Source of the DNA: Promethearchaeota archaeon
Lineage (GTDB): Archaea > Asgardarchaeota > Lokiarchaeia > Sigyniarchaeales > SOKP01
Length of the DNA: 64,000 bases
Assembly (NCBI GenBank): GCA_048941285.1
Contig: JBHLNS010000004.1
Span: 82,431-146,430 of the forward strand
Direction: 5' to 3'
The position numbers and the translations under genes were made by a program. The notes below the pieces were generated by a model. The model saw nothing but the letters and a program-made list of their open reading frames with translations. It made no database searches and was not told where the DNA came from. Within the stretch, counting starts at the first letter, position 1; every line of letters begins with the position of its first letter. This document shows positions 19,664 to 29,533 of the stretch, one piece after another.

Positions 19664-20185
19664 TTGGTTAAAATGGAAGAATATAGAAGATTTACAGTTT
19701 CTCTTCCTCAAAATTTATATGATGAGTTTGAGGAATTTAGAAATAAGTTGGGAATTTCTAGATCTGATGCCATTAGAAAAGCTATGCATCTTTTTATGGT
19801 CCAGGAAGAAAATATTTCTGTAGCCTCAGAAAACGTAGTAGGATGCATAGCAATAATAATGGCTCATGAACATGTCGACATTGATCATCAACACTCTCAT
19901 GAAGAAATAGAAGACTCTGGTCATAATCATGATTATAGTTCAAGGTCTATTTATGCGAATGTTCAACAAACAGATGAAATCTTAAAAATTGATATACAGC
20001 ATCATTTTCACGATATTATTATTTCTACCATGCATGTCCATTTAGAATATAAAAAATGTTTAGAAATAATTGCTTTATCAGGCCCATTTGAACGTGTAAA
20101 AAAGCTAAAAGACGATCTTCAGAAACTAAAAAGTGTGTTATCAATAGGCTTTTTTATTATTGACAAAGACATAACTGAAAAGTAA
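19664..20185 (+). CDS. nikR: Nickel-responsive regulator NikR with a His-rich insertion
   Basis: RHH domain (RFTVSLP...SRSDAIR) and metal site QHH...HVH.....CLE. Confidence 0.92.
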   Translation: MVKMEEYRRFTVSLPQNLYDEFEEFRNKLGISRSDAIRKAMHLFMVQEENISVASENVVGCIAIIMAHEHVDIDHQHSHEEIEDSGHNHDYSSRSIYANVQQTDEILKIDIQHHFHDIIISTMHVHLEYKKCLEIIALSGPFERVKKLKDDLQKLKSVLSIGFFIIDKDITEK

Positions 20186-20442
20186 GGAAATAGGAATGAA
20201 GAAAGGAGAGAAATAAGAATAGAAAATTCCATTTTCTCAAGAAAGAGAATAAGGTATAAGGCGATTTGGGTCGGAATTTTTATTCTTTATTTTCTATTTG
20301 TGGGTTGTGTGTTCGTACTTAAAACATCCTCTTTTTATAATTTAAACATAAATGGAGTAACGAATTTGTAATTTTTATTTGAAAATTTAAAAAATCTAAT
20401 AAAATAAAGTAGGAAAAAAAAGTAAAACTTTTATTAAAAAGA

Positions 20443-20640
20443 TTATAAATCTTTTTCTTGGACTGTTTTTCGGTTATTAGCTTTCGCACGCCCAATTGCT
20501 TTGTCGAGAATGCCAATTATAGCATCATTAAGAGCTGGACCATCTATTAAATCTCCACTTGTATTACATCCTTTACCTTTAATATATTCTCGAACTTTAC
20601 TTTTCACAAAAAGGGCCTCGACAGCTGCCTTTTTAGCCAT
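20443..20640 (-). CDS. Short alpha3-truncated histone-fold protein
   Basis: VKSKVREYIK..NTS...KAIGRAKANNRKTVQEKDL contains the RKT..D histone L2 motif. Strong AGGAGG ribosome-binding site upstream. Confidence 0.85.
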   Translation of the reverse strand: MAKKAAVEALFVKSKVREYIKGKGCNTSGDLIDGPALNDAIIGILDKAIGRAKANNRKTVQEKDL

Positions 20641-20649
20641 TTTTTTATT

Positions 20650-20655
20650 CCTCCT
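20650..20655 (-). promoter_or_regulatory. Shine-Dalgarno of the histone gene
   Basis: AGGAGG lies 9 nt upstream of the ATG on the minus strand. Confidence 0.7.
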
Positions 20656-21299
20656 ATAATGAGTTTAAAATGTTATAAATAAATTATTTAATTATTATTC
20701 CGTCTTCCTTATTTTTAAACTTTAAGGTTAGATCATCTTATACGATGAATAACAACCTTCTAAATGCAAATTTTGTAAAGTCAAAATTTTATAAAAACGA
20801 GAGTATATTTTAAAATCGATGATGAATTTAATGAGATATATTACTTTACTAATTGGACATAACAGATTTAATTAAGAAATTCGGTACTTTTTAATGAAAA
20901 TTATTTCTCTTAATGGAAAATCGAAGTTTAAACCAGATCTTCATAAACTAGGGATGGAATACTGGTGATACTTACCTAAAAACTATAATATAGATGATAA
21001 TAATCTATTAGATATTGAGATCCCAAAGAGTTTTAATCTTCTTGAGAAATATGACAGTTTTGAGGGCATATTTTGGCATTTTTATCAATTTGATATAAAA
21101 ATACCAATAAATACAAGATTAGTTGGAAAAATTTTATGGATTATTTTATTCCTATTTTCATTTTTTATATTTACTCGTTTGATTGATTACTTTCTCCATT
21201 ATGTTGAGAAAAAACCAAGTTATATGATATAATTTTCCTTAAAAACTATATAAAACTTAAAAGTCTGCTCTTTTTATAGTTATTTTTTAACTTGATATC

Positions 21300-22103
21300 A
21301 TGGGAATACAAGATGGTATGCCTTTACCCTCAATGATCAAAAGATCATATGAGAATACAAATATTCACAATTTATTTATATTTAACAGATCAGGTATCTG
21401 TTTTTATGGTAAAAATTTCACAGATTCTTTCCAAGTAGAGAAAAACCTAGTCTCCCCCTTTATTACTGCTTTAATGTCTTTTTCTAAGGAAATGATTGGA
21501 AAAAAATTTAAAACAATAAAAATGGGAGATGTTAAATTTGTCATTTTTGAAAAGGGGCTTATAAATTACAATGTTTTATGTGATGCAATAGAAAATGAAA
21601 TTTTCTTAGAGGAAGCAATAAATAAAATCAATAATCGAATTACAACATATTTACGTAAAAACAAAATTAAAATTGACGAGCAAATCGTATATGATGGTAT
21701 ATTTAATGAAATAATCGAGGAAACAATTGAAGATGCCTTTAGTAAAGAGTTCAACTTAAAAAATGAGGAGCAAATTATTCAATATATGAAAGAGTTAACA
21801 TTAATTGATGAAATTGACGGGGCGATTCTCCTAACTGACAGGGGAAAAGTATTATACTCTTCCTATAATAAATTATATCTAAAAAATTTTTTAAAAGAAG
21901 TTGAATTTCGTGTCAAAATTTATAACAATTCTATTTTAAAGCTTTTTTATACATTTAAAGATAAAAGATTCATATTTTCAGAATATATTCAGAATAAATA
22001 TTTAATAATTTTAGTTTTTAATTCTCATGTAAGGTTTGGAGTAGCTGAGCATTATTTAACTCGAATAGTAAATTCTGTCAAAAATTTACTTTCGAGTTCA
22101 TAA
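21300..22103 (+). CDS. Two-domain longin/roadblock-like protein
   Basis: N domain IHNLFIFNRSGICFY..F...LVSPFITALMSF; C domain IDGAILLTDRGKVLYSS. Confidence 0.7.
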   Translation: MGIQDGMPLPSMIKRSYENTNIHNLFIFNRSGICFYGKNFTDSFQVEKNLVSPFITALMSFSKEMIGKKFKTIKMGDVKFVIFEKGLINYNVLCDAIENEIFLEEAINKINNRITTYLRKNKIKIDEQIVYDGIFNEIIEETIEDAFSKEFNLKNEEQIIQYMKELTLIDEIDGAILLTDRGKVLYSSYNKLYLKNFLKEVEFRVKIYNNSILKLFYTFKDKRFIFSEYIQNKYLIILVFNSHVRFGVAEHYLTRIVNSVKNLLSSS

Positions 22104-22256
22104 TAAAAAATTTGAATTAGATAATTTGCTTGACTTTTAAATTTTTAAATTGCTAAGACCTATTTTAATTTAAATCTAATTTATGATTTATAAAAACTAA
22201 ATTAAAAAATTGCTATAAATACATCTAATTTGAAATTTGCATTAAAGTGAAAAATT

Positions 22257-22760
22257 ATGTCAAAAACAGAAAAAGGATTAAAAGAAGCATTTGCTGGAGA
22301 ATCACAAGCAAACCGAAAATATCTCGCTTTTGCTGAACAAGCTGATAAAGAAGGATTCCCTCAAATAGCAAAAGTTTTTAGAGCTGCTGCCGCTGCTGAA
22401 ACTGTTCATGCTCATAATCATCTTAGAGCCCTTGGAGGGGTCAAGTCTACAAAAGAAAATATCCATGAAGCAATAGAAGGTGAGCACTATGAATTCACAA
22501 AAATGTATCCTGAATTCCTTGAAGCTGCTAAGAAAGAGGGAAACAAAAATGCAGAGAGGACTTTTAATTACGCGAATGAAGTAGAAAAAGTTCATCATAA
22601 ACTATATAATTCAGCTCTAGAATCAATTCAGAAGGGTAAGGATTTAGAGAAAACTGACATATATATATGTCCCGTTTGCGGCTATACTCATGAAGGAGAA
22701 CCACCAGATAAGTGCCCTGTTTGTGGCGCAGTTAAAAAAGTTTTTAAAAAAATAGAATAA
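22257..22760 (+). CDS. rbr: Rubrerythrin
   Basis: AFAGESQA, ETVHA, EKVH and rubredoxin-like CPVCG...CPVCG. Confidence 0.95.
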   Translation: MSKTEKGLKEAFAGESQANRKYLAFAEQADKEGFPQIAKVFRAAAAAETVHAHNHLRALGGVKSTKENIHEAIEGEHYEFTKMYPEFLEAAKKEGNKNAERTFNYANEVEKVHHKLYNSALESIQKGKDLEKTDIYICPVCGYTHEGEPPDKCPVCGAVKKVFKKIE

Positions 22761-22794
22761 ACATTTTTTTCTTTTTTTTTTATATATTATAAAT

Positions 22795-24384
22795 CTAGAA
22801 AACCCAAGGGGTATAGCAATTTCTGATTTTTAATAGGTAATCATTAATAGAGAAATTCAATTCCTTTTCAGCCTTTTCAAGTGAAATTGGTGTGGCTCCA
22901 TTATTATAATAATTTAAGATTAGATCAGAAATTTGTTGATTTCCTAAAGAAATGATCGTCTGAAGCCTAGCATTCTTAATAATAAATTTCATATTTTTAA
23001 ATTTGAGTTTTATTGAGCTTATATTTTTTAACTCTCTCTCTAGTTTTTGATATTTTCCTATTAAAATATGCATATTTTCGTTTAAATAAAAAAATATTTC
23101 TTTCTCATAGGGAGTATTGAGTTTTGGAACAAAGGGATTAACATTTACTCTTAAAGAATTTCTCTCAAAGCCTAAATCATTTATCAGATTTAACAAATTG
23201 ATAATATCATTAATATTTTCCTCGTTCTCCTCCGGCAAGCCAATTAAAAAATACAATTTTATATTCTTTATTTGCGAATCCCTTATTCTAGTTAAAACTG
23301 AAATTATCTTTTCATCTGGTATCATTTTACCCAATGAATATCTTAAACTTTCAGAACCAGCTTCTGGGGCAATAGTTATAGTTTTAATATTTGCTTTTTC
23401 TAGTATTTGAATTAGTTCCGAATCTAAATGCTCAATCCGAATTGATGGAATTGTTAATCTTTTTCCTTGGGAAATTATCAGTTTACAAATTTCTTTAAAT
23501 TTTGGGTGAGATGAAACACAAGAGCCTATAAGGCTAATCGTTTCGAAATTAGAAAATTTAATTCCATTTTCAATAGTTTGTTTAATATTTTCATAACTTC
23601 TATTTCTGAACGGAGAATTATGAAAAGAACTAATACAGAATTTGCAGCGATAAGGGCATCCTCTATTTATTTCCAAAAAATAATTCTGCTCAAAAATCGA
23701 TCTTTCTCCTGAAGATTTGGAAATTAATTGAAAAATAGGAGTAGGGGAATCATCAAGGTTTTTAAGAATTGCTCTTTTAATTTTATTCTTAATTGTTGGA
23801 ATATAAATTCCTTCTAGTAACCCTACTCTATCCAAAAATTCTTTATGTGATAAATCATCATTCTTATAACTTTTAAAGATTTTAAAAAAAGATTTCAGAC
23901 TTTCTTCAGCATCACCAATGAATAAAATATCAAAAAAATTACTAAAAGGGATTGGATTTGAGGTGACTACGGGGCCTCCTCCTAAAATGATTGGAAATTG
24001 GACATTATTCTCAATTAAAGCGTTAAAACGATCTTGTGAAGTTAGAGGAATCCCGGCTTTCTCTAATATCCATAATATGTTCTTAAAATCATTCTCAAAA
24101 TGTATTGAGAAACCTAAAATATCAAATTCTTCTGGTAATATTTTATTTTCAAGTGATCGTAAATTATTTTTTGTATTATAGTCTTTCGAAGCAGGAAATC
24201 TCAAATTTATATTTTCCGGTAAAAAAATACGTTCACATGCAATATTTTCAAAAGAATTTATTAGGAAATAGAGAAGCCTAATGGTATATGAAGACATACC
24301 TAGTTTATGAGTGTTAGGATAAACTAAACCAAAAGAAAATTCAATTTTTCGCCAATCTTTAATTATTATGTTCTCAGTACTCAT
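22795..24384 (-). CDS. Radical SAM protein (B12-binding-like/YgiQ-type)
   Basis: RGCPYRCKFC, TIAPEAGSE, YFLIGLP and an N-terminal YPN..GMSS. Confidence 0.9.
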   Translation of the reverse strand: MSTENIIIKDWRKIEFSFGLVYPNTHKLGMSSYTIRLLYFLINSFENIACERIFLPENINLRFPASKDYNTKNNLRSLENKILPEEFDILGFSIHFENDFKNILWILEKAGIPLTSQDRFNALIENNVQFPIILGGGPVVTSNPIPFSNFFDILFIGDAEESLKSFFKIFKSYKNDDLSHKEFLDRVGLLEGIYIPTIKNKIKRAILKNLDDSPTPIFQLISKSSGERSIFEQNYFLEINRGCPYRCKFCISSFHNSPFRNRSYENIKQTIENGIKFSNFETISLIGSCVSSHPKFKEICKLIISQGKRLTIPSIRIEHLDSELIQILEKANIKTITIAPEAGSESLRYSLGKMIPDEKIISVLTRIRDSQIKNIKLYFLIGLPEENEENINDIINLLNLINDLGFERNSLRVNVNPFVPKLNTPYEKEIFFYLNENMHILIGKYQKLERELKNISSIKLKFKNMKFIIKNARLQTIISLGNQQISDLILNYYNNGATPISLEKAEKELNFSINDYLLKIRNCYTPWVF

Positions 24385-24419
24385 ATAAAAAAACTTTGAA
24401 ATAACTTATAAAATATTAA

Positions 24420-25226
24420 TCAATTATGAATATTTGAACCGCGTTCTGCCTTAATTCTTTTAATTTCTTTAACAATTAATGGTAAAATAGTTCCGGTTTT
24501 ATTATTAATAACAATATCTGCACGATCATCTAAATATGTCGGTTCATCATTCACAATAATTAGTTTTCCTCCTTCACTCAGAGTATAGAGAGGTAAATCA
24601 CAAATTGGTGCCACTGTGAGTGAAGAACCTGCTATTAGCATGACATCTGATTTCTTTGCTAAATCTACTGACATATATTTTTCAAAATTTGGAAGACTTT
24701 CTCCAAACAATACTACTGATGGTTTTAAAGGAGCTCCACAGTAATTACAACCTGGGGTTTGCCTTTTTTCTTTTTTAATTTTACGCAGAATTTGTTCTTT
24801 AGTATAACTTGCACGACATCCTAAACACGTAAATCTATTAATATTTCCATGAACTTCATAAACAATAATGTTTCCCGCTTTTTGATGTAATTCATCTATA
24901 TTTTGAGTAATAATAGCTTTAATTATATTTAATTTTTCAAGATCTGCGATAGCATAATGACCTGGATTTGGTTCCGCATTAAATAAAGTCGGAGCAATTT
25001 CTTCAGCCATTTTCCAGAATTTTGATGGATCGGCTAAGAAGGATTGAATACTTCCATATATCTTAGGTTTATATTTTTTCCATATTCCACTATCTCCTCT
25101 AAAGTCTGGAATTCCAGATTCGGTTGAAATACCCGCTCCGGTTAATACTATCGCATATTTTGAATCGTAGAGCAACTCCGAAGCTTTCTTAATGCTTTCT
25201 TTCTCTTTCAGTTGTAAATTTTCCAT
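24420..25226 (-). CDS. cobB: NAD-dependent protein deacylase (sirtuin)
   Basis: GAGISTESGIPDFR, TQNIDELH, HG, CxxC...CxxC and GSSL motifs. Confidence 0.95.
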   Translation of the reverse strand: MENLQLKEKESIKKASELLYDSKYAIVLTGAGISTESGIPDFRGDSGIWKKYKPKIYGSIQSFLADPSKFWKMAEEIAPTLFNAEPNPGHYAIADLEKLNIIKAIITQNIDELHQKAGNIIVYEVHGNINRFTCLGCRASYTKEQILRKIKKEKRQTPGCNYCGAPLKPSVVLFGESLPNFEKYMSVDLAKKSDVMLIAGSSLTVAPICDLPLYTLSEGGKLIIVNDEPTYLDDRADIVINNKTGTILPLIVKEIKRIKAERGSNIHN

Positions 25227-25425
25227 TTTTTAGTCGAATAATGGTGTTTAAGTTTTTAATGTATTTAATTCTAATAAAATTTATACTTATAGTTTAAATC
25301 TTTATAATCTTCACGAAATTATCCACTTTTTATCAGATTAAATCAAAAAAGCTTAAAATATCAGATAATTTTTACTATAATAAGAGAAAATTAATTGATC
25401 TTCTACTTACTTAAAAACTTCCCTT

Positions 25426-26334
25426 ATGATCTCTTCTTTCAGTATTATCTTAGAGAATGATATACTCTATTGTTCAGATGAAAAAAAATATAATGCGTTT
25501 GAGATAATTTTATTTACCGAGAAACTTTTACGCAGTATAAATCCTAAAAATACTTGGCGTTTAAGGAAAATTTGTCTAAAGCACAAAAAGATTGGCAGAG
25601 AAAGGATTATCGTTGAACACATTGTCACAAAAGCAGGTCAAAATATATTCTTCTGCAGTATTGGGAATTTTAGTGTAGGATCAACTGAATCTTTTAAAAT
25701 GCTTAAAGATTTCGCTAATCAGGTTCAAGTTCAATATAATGATTTAGATAGATTGAATTTTTCTGCTAAAGAACCTACATTCGAGGACGTTATTAAACTG
25801 ATTACAGATTATTTAAGAGATAAATATTTAGATCCCCTAGAAGAAGAAATAATTTATGAAGAAGCTATAAATAATGCGCAAAATATGATATTGTATGCAG
25901 GGATATCTGCTCAAGGATTACCAATAGTTTCTCAACTTTTTGATTCTAATCTTTTAAGAAATTTAAATAGAGATCAAACTAATGAAAATATTGAATTATA
26001 TAGCTCAGATTTATCTGCTAAATTAGCTACAATTTCAATGAACACCCAAATCCGTGCGAAAACAAAAATTAAAGAAATACATATTGAAGATACTGAAAAA
26101 CTGCTAGACAATAATAATAAAAAAATAATATTATTCGGAAATATAAATGGCTATTCAGTAGATTTTATCGCTACTGGTAATTTTTATAAAGTAAAAGCAA
26201 TTTTTAAGCAATTAAAATCAAAGTTATCTTTGGATTCTGCATTTAGCGAAGAATTCAAAGGAGATTTAAGACCTTTCAAACATTTAAAATATTATCTTGA
26301 TGAAGTTGTAAAAGATTTTGATCAAATAAATTAA
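25426..26334 (+). CDS. Hypothetical two-domain protein (longin/roadblock-like)
   Basis: Two alpha/beta modules beginning MISSFSIILENDILY and ILYAGISAQGLPIVSQ. Confidence 0.6.
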   Translation: MISSFSIILENDILYCSDEKKYNAFEIILFTEKLLRSINPKNTWRLRKICLKHKKIGRERIIVEHIVTKAGQNIFFCSIGNFSVGSTESFKMLKDFANQVQVQYNDLDRLNFSAKEPTFEDVIKLITDYLRDKYLDPLEEEIIYEEAINNAQNMILYAGISAQGLPIVSQLFDSNLLRNLNRDQTNENIELYSSDLSAKLATISMNTQIRAKTKIKEIHIEDTEKLLDNNNKKIILFGNINGYSVDFIATGNFYKVKAIFKQLKSKLSLDSAFSEEFKGDLRPFKHLKYYLDEVVKDFDQIN

Positions 26335-26358
26335 ATATATATAGATTTAGATTTTTTT

Positions 26359-27651
26359 ATGAAAGCAGTAATACTAGCCGCAGGAGTAGGTAAGAGATTA
26401 AGGCCGATAACCTCATCAAGGCCTAAACCAATGATCCCATTACTAGGAAAGCCCCTTCTAGAACATACTATAATAGGACTTAAAAATGTGGGAATAGATC
26501 GATTCTTAATTGTTGTCGGTTATAAGCAAGAAATTATAAAAGAATACTTTGAGAAAAGCTCACAACAATTAAATGTTAAAATAGAATACATCACTCAGCA
26601 TGAGTATTTAGGAACAGCCCACGCTACTGGTTATGCCAAAGATTTTGTTAAAGATGAAAGTTTTCTGATGATGTATGGTGATTTATTTGTTGATCCTAAA
26701 ATCTTTCAAGTAATATTAAACAAATTTAATGAAAATGATTATGAAGGATTAATCACATTAATGAAAGTAGTTAATCCCCAAGATTATGGGATTATCAAAT
26801 TAAACTCTAAAGGTTTAGTTAAACAAATAATAGAAAAACCCCTTCACGAAAAACAAGTGGGAAATCTAGCGAATGCCGGAATATATCTATTTAAACCTTC
26901 GATTTTTAAAGCCATTGAAAGAACCCAAAAATCCACTAGGAATGAATACGAATTTACTGATTCTATGGAAATATTAATCAATGAATTTGGTGGAAAAATT
27001 ATTGGCTGTTCTATAAATGATTATTTCTGGAACGATATTGGATTACCATGGCAACTTTTTGATGCGAATAAGTATCTTTTAGATGGAATAGAACATCAAA
27101 TTTTGGGAGAAATCGAAAAAAATGTTCAAATTCAAGGAAATGTCAATATCGGAAAGGGTACTATAGTAAGATCAGGTTCCTATATTCAAGGTCCATGTTA
27201 TATAGGTGAAAATAATCTCATCGGACCAAATGCATTTATACGACCTTATACATCTATTGAAAATAATTGTCATATTGGAATGTCTGAGCTAAAAAATTCA
27301 ATCATTTTATCTAACACTTCCATTCCGCATTTTAATTATGTAGGTGATTCAATTTTATGCGAAAATATTAATCTAGGGGCAGGTACTAAAATATCAAACC
27401 TTAGATTTGATAACAAAAATATAAAAATGAAAATTAATCAGAAAACAGTTGATTCGGGTAGAAGAAAACTAGGAGTAATAATTGGACCTAATTCTCAAAC
27501 GGGAATTAATGTAAGTATAATGTGTGGTAAAAAGATAGGAGAAAACTCTATTATTGGAGCACACACACTCATTAACGAAGATATACCCTCAAATTCTCTC
27601 TATTATCAAGATTCTAATGGAAATTTAAAAAAAGAAATCAATCCATTTTAA
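26359..27651 (+). CDS. glmU: Archaeal bifunctional sugar-1-phosphate nucleotidyltransferase/acetyltransferase (GlmU-like)
   Basis: LAAGVGKRLRP..PKPM, YGD, EKP, hexapeptide repeats, HFNYVGDS and GAGT. Confidence 0.9.
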   Translation: MKAVILAAGVGKRLRPITSSRPKPMIPLLGKPLLEHTIIGLKNVGIDRFLIVVGYKQEIIKEYFEKSSQQLNVKIEYITQHEYLGTAHATGYAKDFVKDESFLMMYGDLFVDPKIFQVILNKFNENDYEGLITLMKVVNPQDYGIIKLNSKGLVKQIIEKPLHEKQVGNLANAGIYLFKPSIFKAIERTQKSTRNEYEFTDSMEILINEFGGKIIGCSINDYFWNDIGLPWQLFDANKYLLDGIEHQILGEIEKNVQIQGNVNIGKGTIVRSGSYIQGPCYIGENNLIGPNAFIRPYTSIENNCHIGMSELKNSIILSNTSIPHFNYVGDSILCENINLGAGTKISNLRFDNKNIKMKINQKTVDSGRRKLGVIIGPNSQTGINVSIMCGKKIGENSIIGAHTLINEDIPSNSLYYQDSNGNLKKEINPF

Positions 27652-27675
27652 ATATATAGATGTGATTTTATATTT

Positions 27676-29433
27676 TTATTGAATAGCTATCTGTTCTTGG
27701 AATTTTGGTACTTCTCTTTTCCTAAATTCACGGATTAATTTGATAAACTTCAAGGGTTTGCCAGTATAATTAAGTTCCCTTAAAGCTTGCTCTTGGTAAG
27801 CTATGAAAAGTTTATTAGAAAATTCTTCCCAATCTCTGCAAATTGATAAGGTTTTTTCATCAGATCTTAGAAGACTCTCATGTGACATTATTTTACTGAA
27901 TTCTGATGAATATTCTTCAATGAGATCTGGATTTGATCCCGATAATAAATCTCTACAAAAATCTTCAGCAGGATACCATTCTTTTACTCTTGAAAAATCA
28001 CGGTGAATTTGAGTAAGGAGGACATTTCTTGGCCCTTCCCATAATTCCATAATCATGGAATCTCTGTGAAAGCGAGGAGATGAAAGGAAATCTTCCATAA
28101 TACCATGCCCTCCATAAAATGAAATTGCTTTTCGTATCATTGTAGGGGCTTCATGAGCTACAACAATTTTCTGTAGCATAATTAATTCCCGTAATCTAAA
28201 TCGACGTTTGCGTTCCTCGATATCTTTAACTTTTTGTAATTCTCTTATTCCACTAATAAGTTCTTCATTGAAATGAATATATTCAGAATATATTTTGAAG
28301 CAACCCACTGCAGTTCTTTTAGCAAATTGCTCTAGTTCATTTATTTGATTTATCATCATTGGAAAGGAAGATATAGATACACCAAAAGCTGTTCTAAATT
28401 GTGAATATAATACTGCTTCTCTTACAACTCGTAAAGCTCCTGCAGCCATTCCAAAAGCTACATGAAGTCTAGATAAAGAAAGAACAATCCCTACAATATC
28501 AGCCAATCCTTTTTCAAGTGGACCTATCGGATATGCAACAGCTCCATTATATGTAATCTCTGCTGTAGGTAATTCAGCAGTTCCAAGTTTTTGTTTTAAC
28601 CTATCAATTGTGTATGAATTCCTAATTTCTTTTCCTTTATTACCAGGTAACCACGAAGGCACTGCAAAAACTGCAATTCTAGTAGACGATGGAGTGTTTT
28701 TTGGTTTTGCAGATACAATCGCATAATCTGCTTGAGTAGCTGAGCAGAAGAATTTTTGACCATAAAGTCTCCATACATTAGATATTCCATCTTTCCCTTC
28801 CTCTTTTTCGAATACAGCTTCTACTAAGTTGGAGGGAACATCACTGCCCCCTTGAATTTCACTTACGAATTGAGCAGCAAGTTGATATTCTCCATCTTCA
28901 CCATCCCTTATAGATTTTAGAATTTTTTTAGCCTCCAAGCTCAATGTGTCTTCATATTTTTGCATAAGTTCGACAGCTCCATGAGAACAGGCAACCGGGC
29001 ACATTACTCCTGATTCTCCATTTTCATAAAGTAGAAACATTTTAGCAAATCTACTCCAAGCAGAATTTCGAGCATGATCAAAAAGACCAAGACTGAATAC
29101 CTCTTTTTCTAAAATCTTTGTCTCTAAACATCTTTCAATTCGATCAATCCGGTGATTATGTGCATCATAATGTTTCATTTTAGTAACTTTCGTTCTATTT
29201 TCAAGTTCATTAGCTTTATCCGCGAGATCTCGAAATCTAAAAGAAACATATTCACTTAGACCACAAAGATCTCTATGTATTTTTTCATACTCTTCGTTTG
29301 GAATATATTTTTTAATGAGAGCTTGTAAAAATTCATCATCTTTATAATAATTAAAACGATCTCTTACAAATAAAAAGTCATCAAAAGTATATTCATTATT
29401 GCGATTTCCTTCTTGAGAAGACATAACAAACAC
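27676..29433 (-). CDS. Acyl-CoA dehydrogenase family protein (AidB-like)
   Basis: CPVA, EIQGGSDV, G.KFFCS, RLKQKLGT, GGHG.MED and WEGPRNV motifs. Confidence 0.9.
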   Translation of the reverse strand: MFVMSSQEGNRNNEYTFDDFLFVRDRFNYYKDDEFLQALIKKYIPNEEYEKIHRDLCGLSEYVSFRFRDLADKANELENRTKVTKMKHYDAHNHRIDRIERCLETKILEKEVFSLGLFDHARNSAWSRFAKMFLLYENGESGVMCPVACSHGAVELMQKYEDTLSLEAKKILKSIRDGEDGEYQLAAQFVSEIQGGSDVPSNLVEAVFEKEEGKDGISNVWRLYGQKFFCSATQADYAIVSAKPKNTPSSTRIAVFAVPSWLPGNKGKEIRNSYTIDRLKQKLGTAELPTAEITYNGAVAYPIGPLEKGLADIVGIVLSLSRLHVAFGMAAGALRVVREAVLYSQFRTAFGVSISSFPMMINQINELEQFAKRTAVGCFKIYSEYIHFNEELISGIRELQKVKDIEERKRRFRLRELIMLQKIVVAHEAPTMIRKAISFYGGHGIMEDFLSSPRFHRDSMIMELWEGPRNVLLTQIHRDFSRVKEWYPAEDFCRDLLSGSNPDLIEEYSSEFSKIMSHESLLRSDEKTLSICRDWEEFSNKLFIAYQEQALRELNYTGKPLKFIKLIREFRKREVPKFQEQIAIQ

Positions 29434-29533
29434 TTGTAATAATTTTCTAGATTAAAAAAAGTTATTCAGATTATTAAAAATAACTATCTAAATAAGAAGC
29501 TCTTAACTTTGAATTTTTAATTCTTAATTCAAG

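Noticed and set aside
20319-20516. Alternative 65-aa ORF overlapping the histone gene
   Set aside because: It lacks an SD and motifs, and it conflicts with the better-supported histone frame.
20641-21299. 660-bp gap as a hidden gene or ncRNA
   Set aside because: Only very short ORFs and no convincing GC-rich stem were found by eye. It is best explained as divergent promoter DNA for the histone and longin-like genes.
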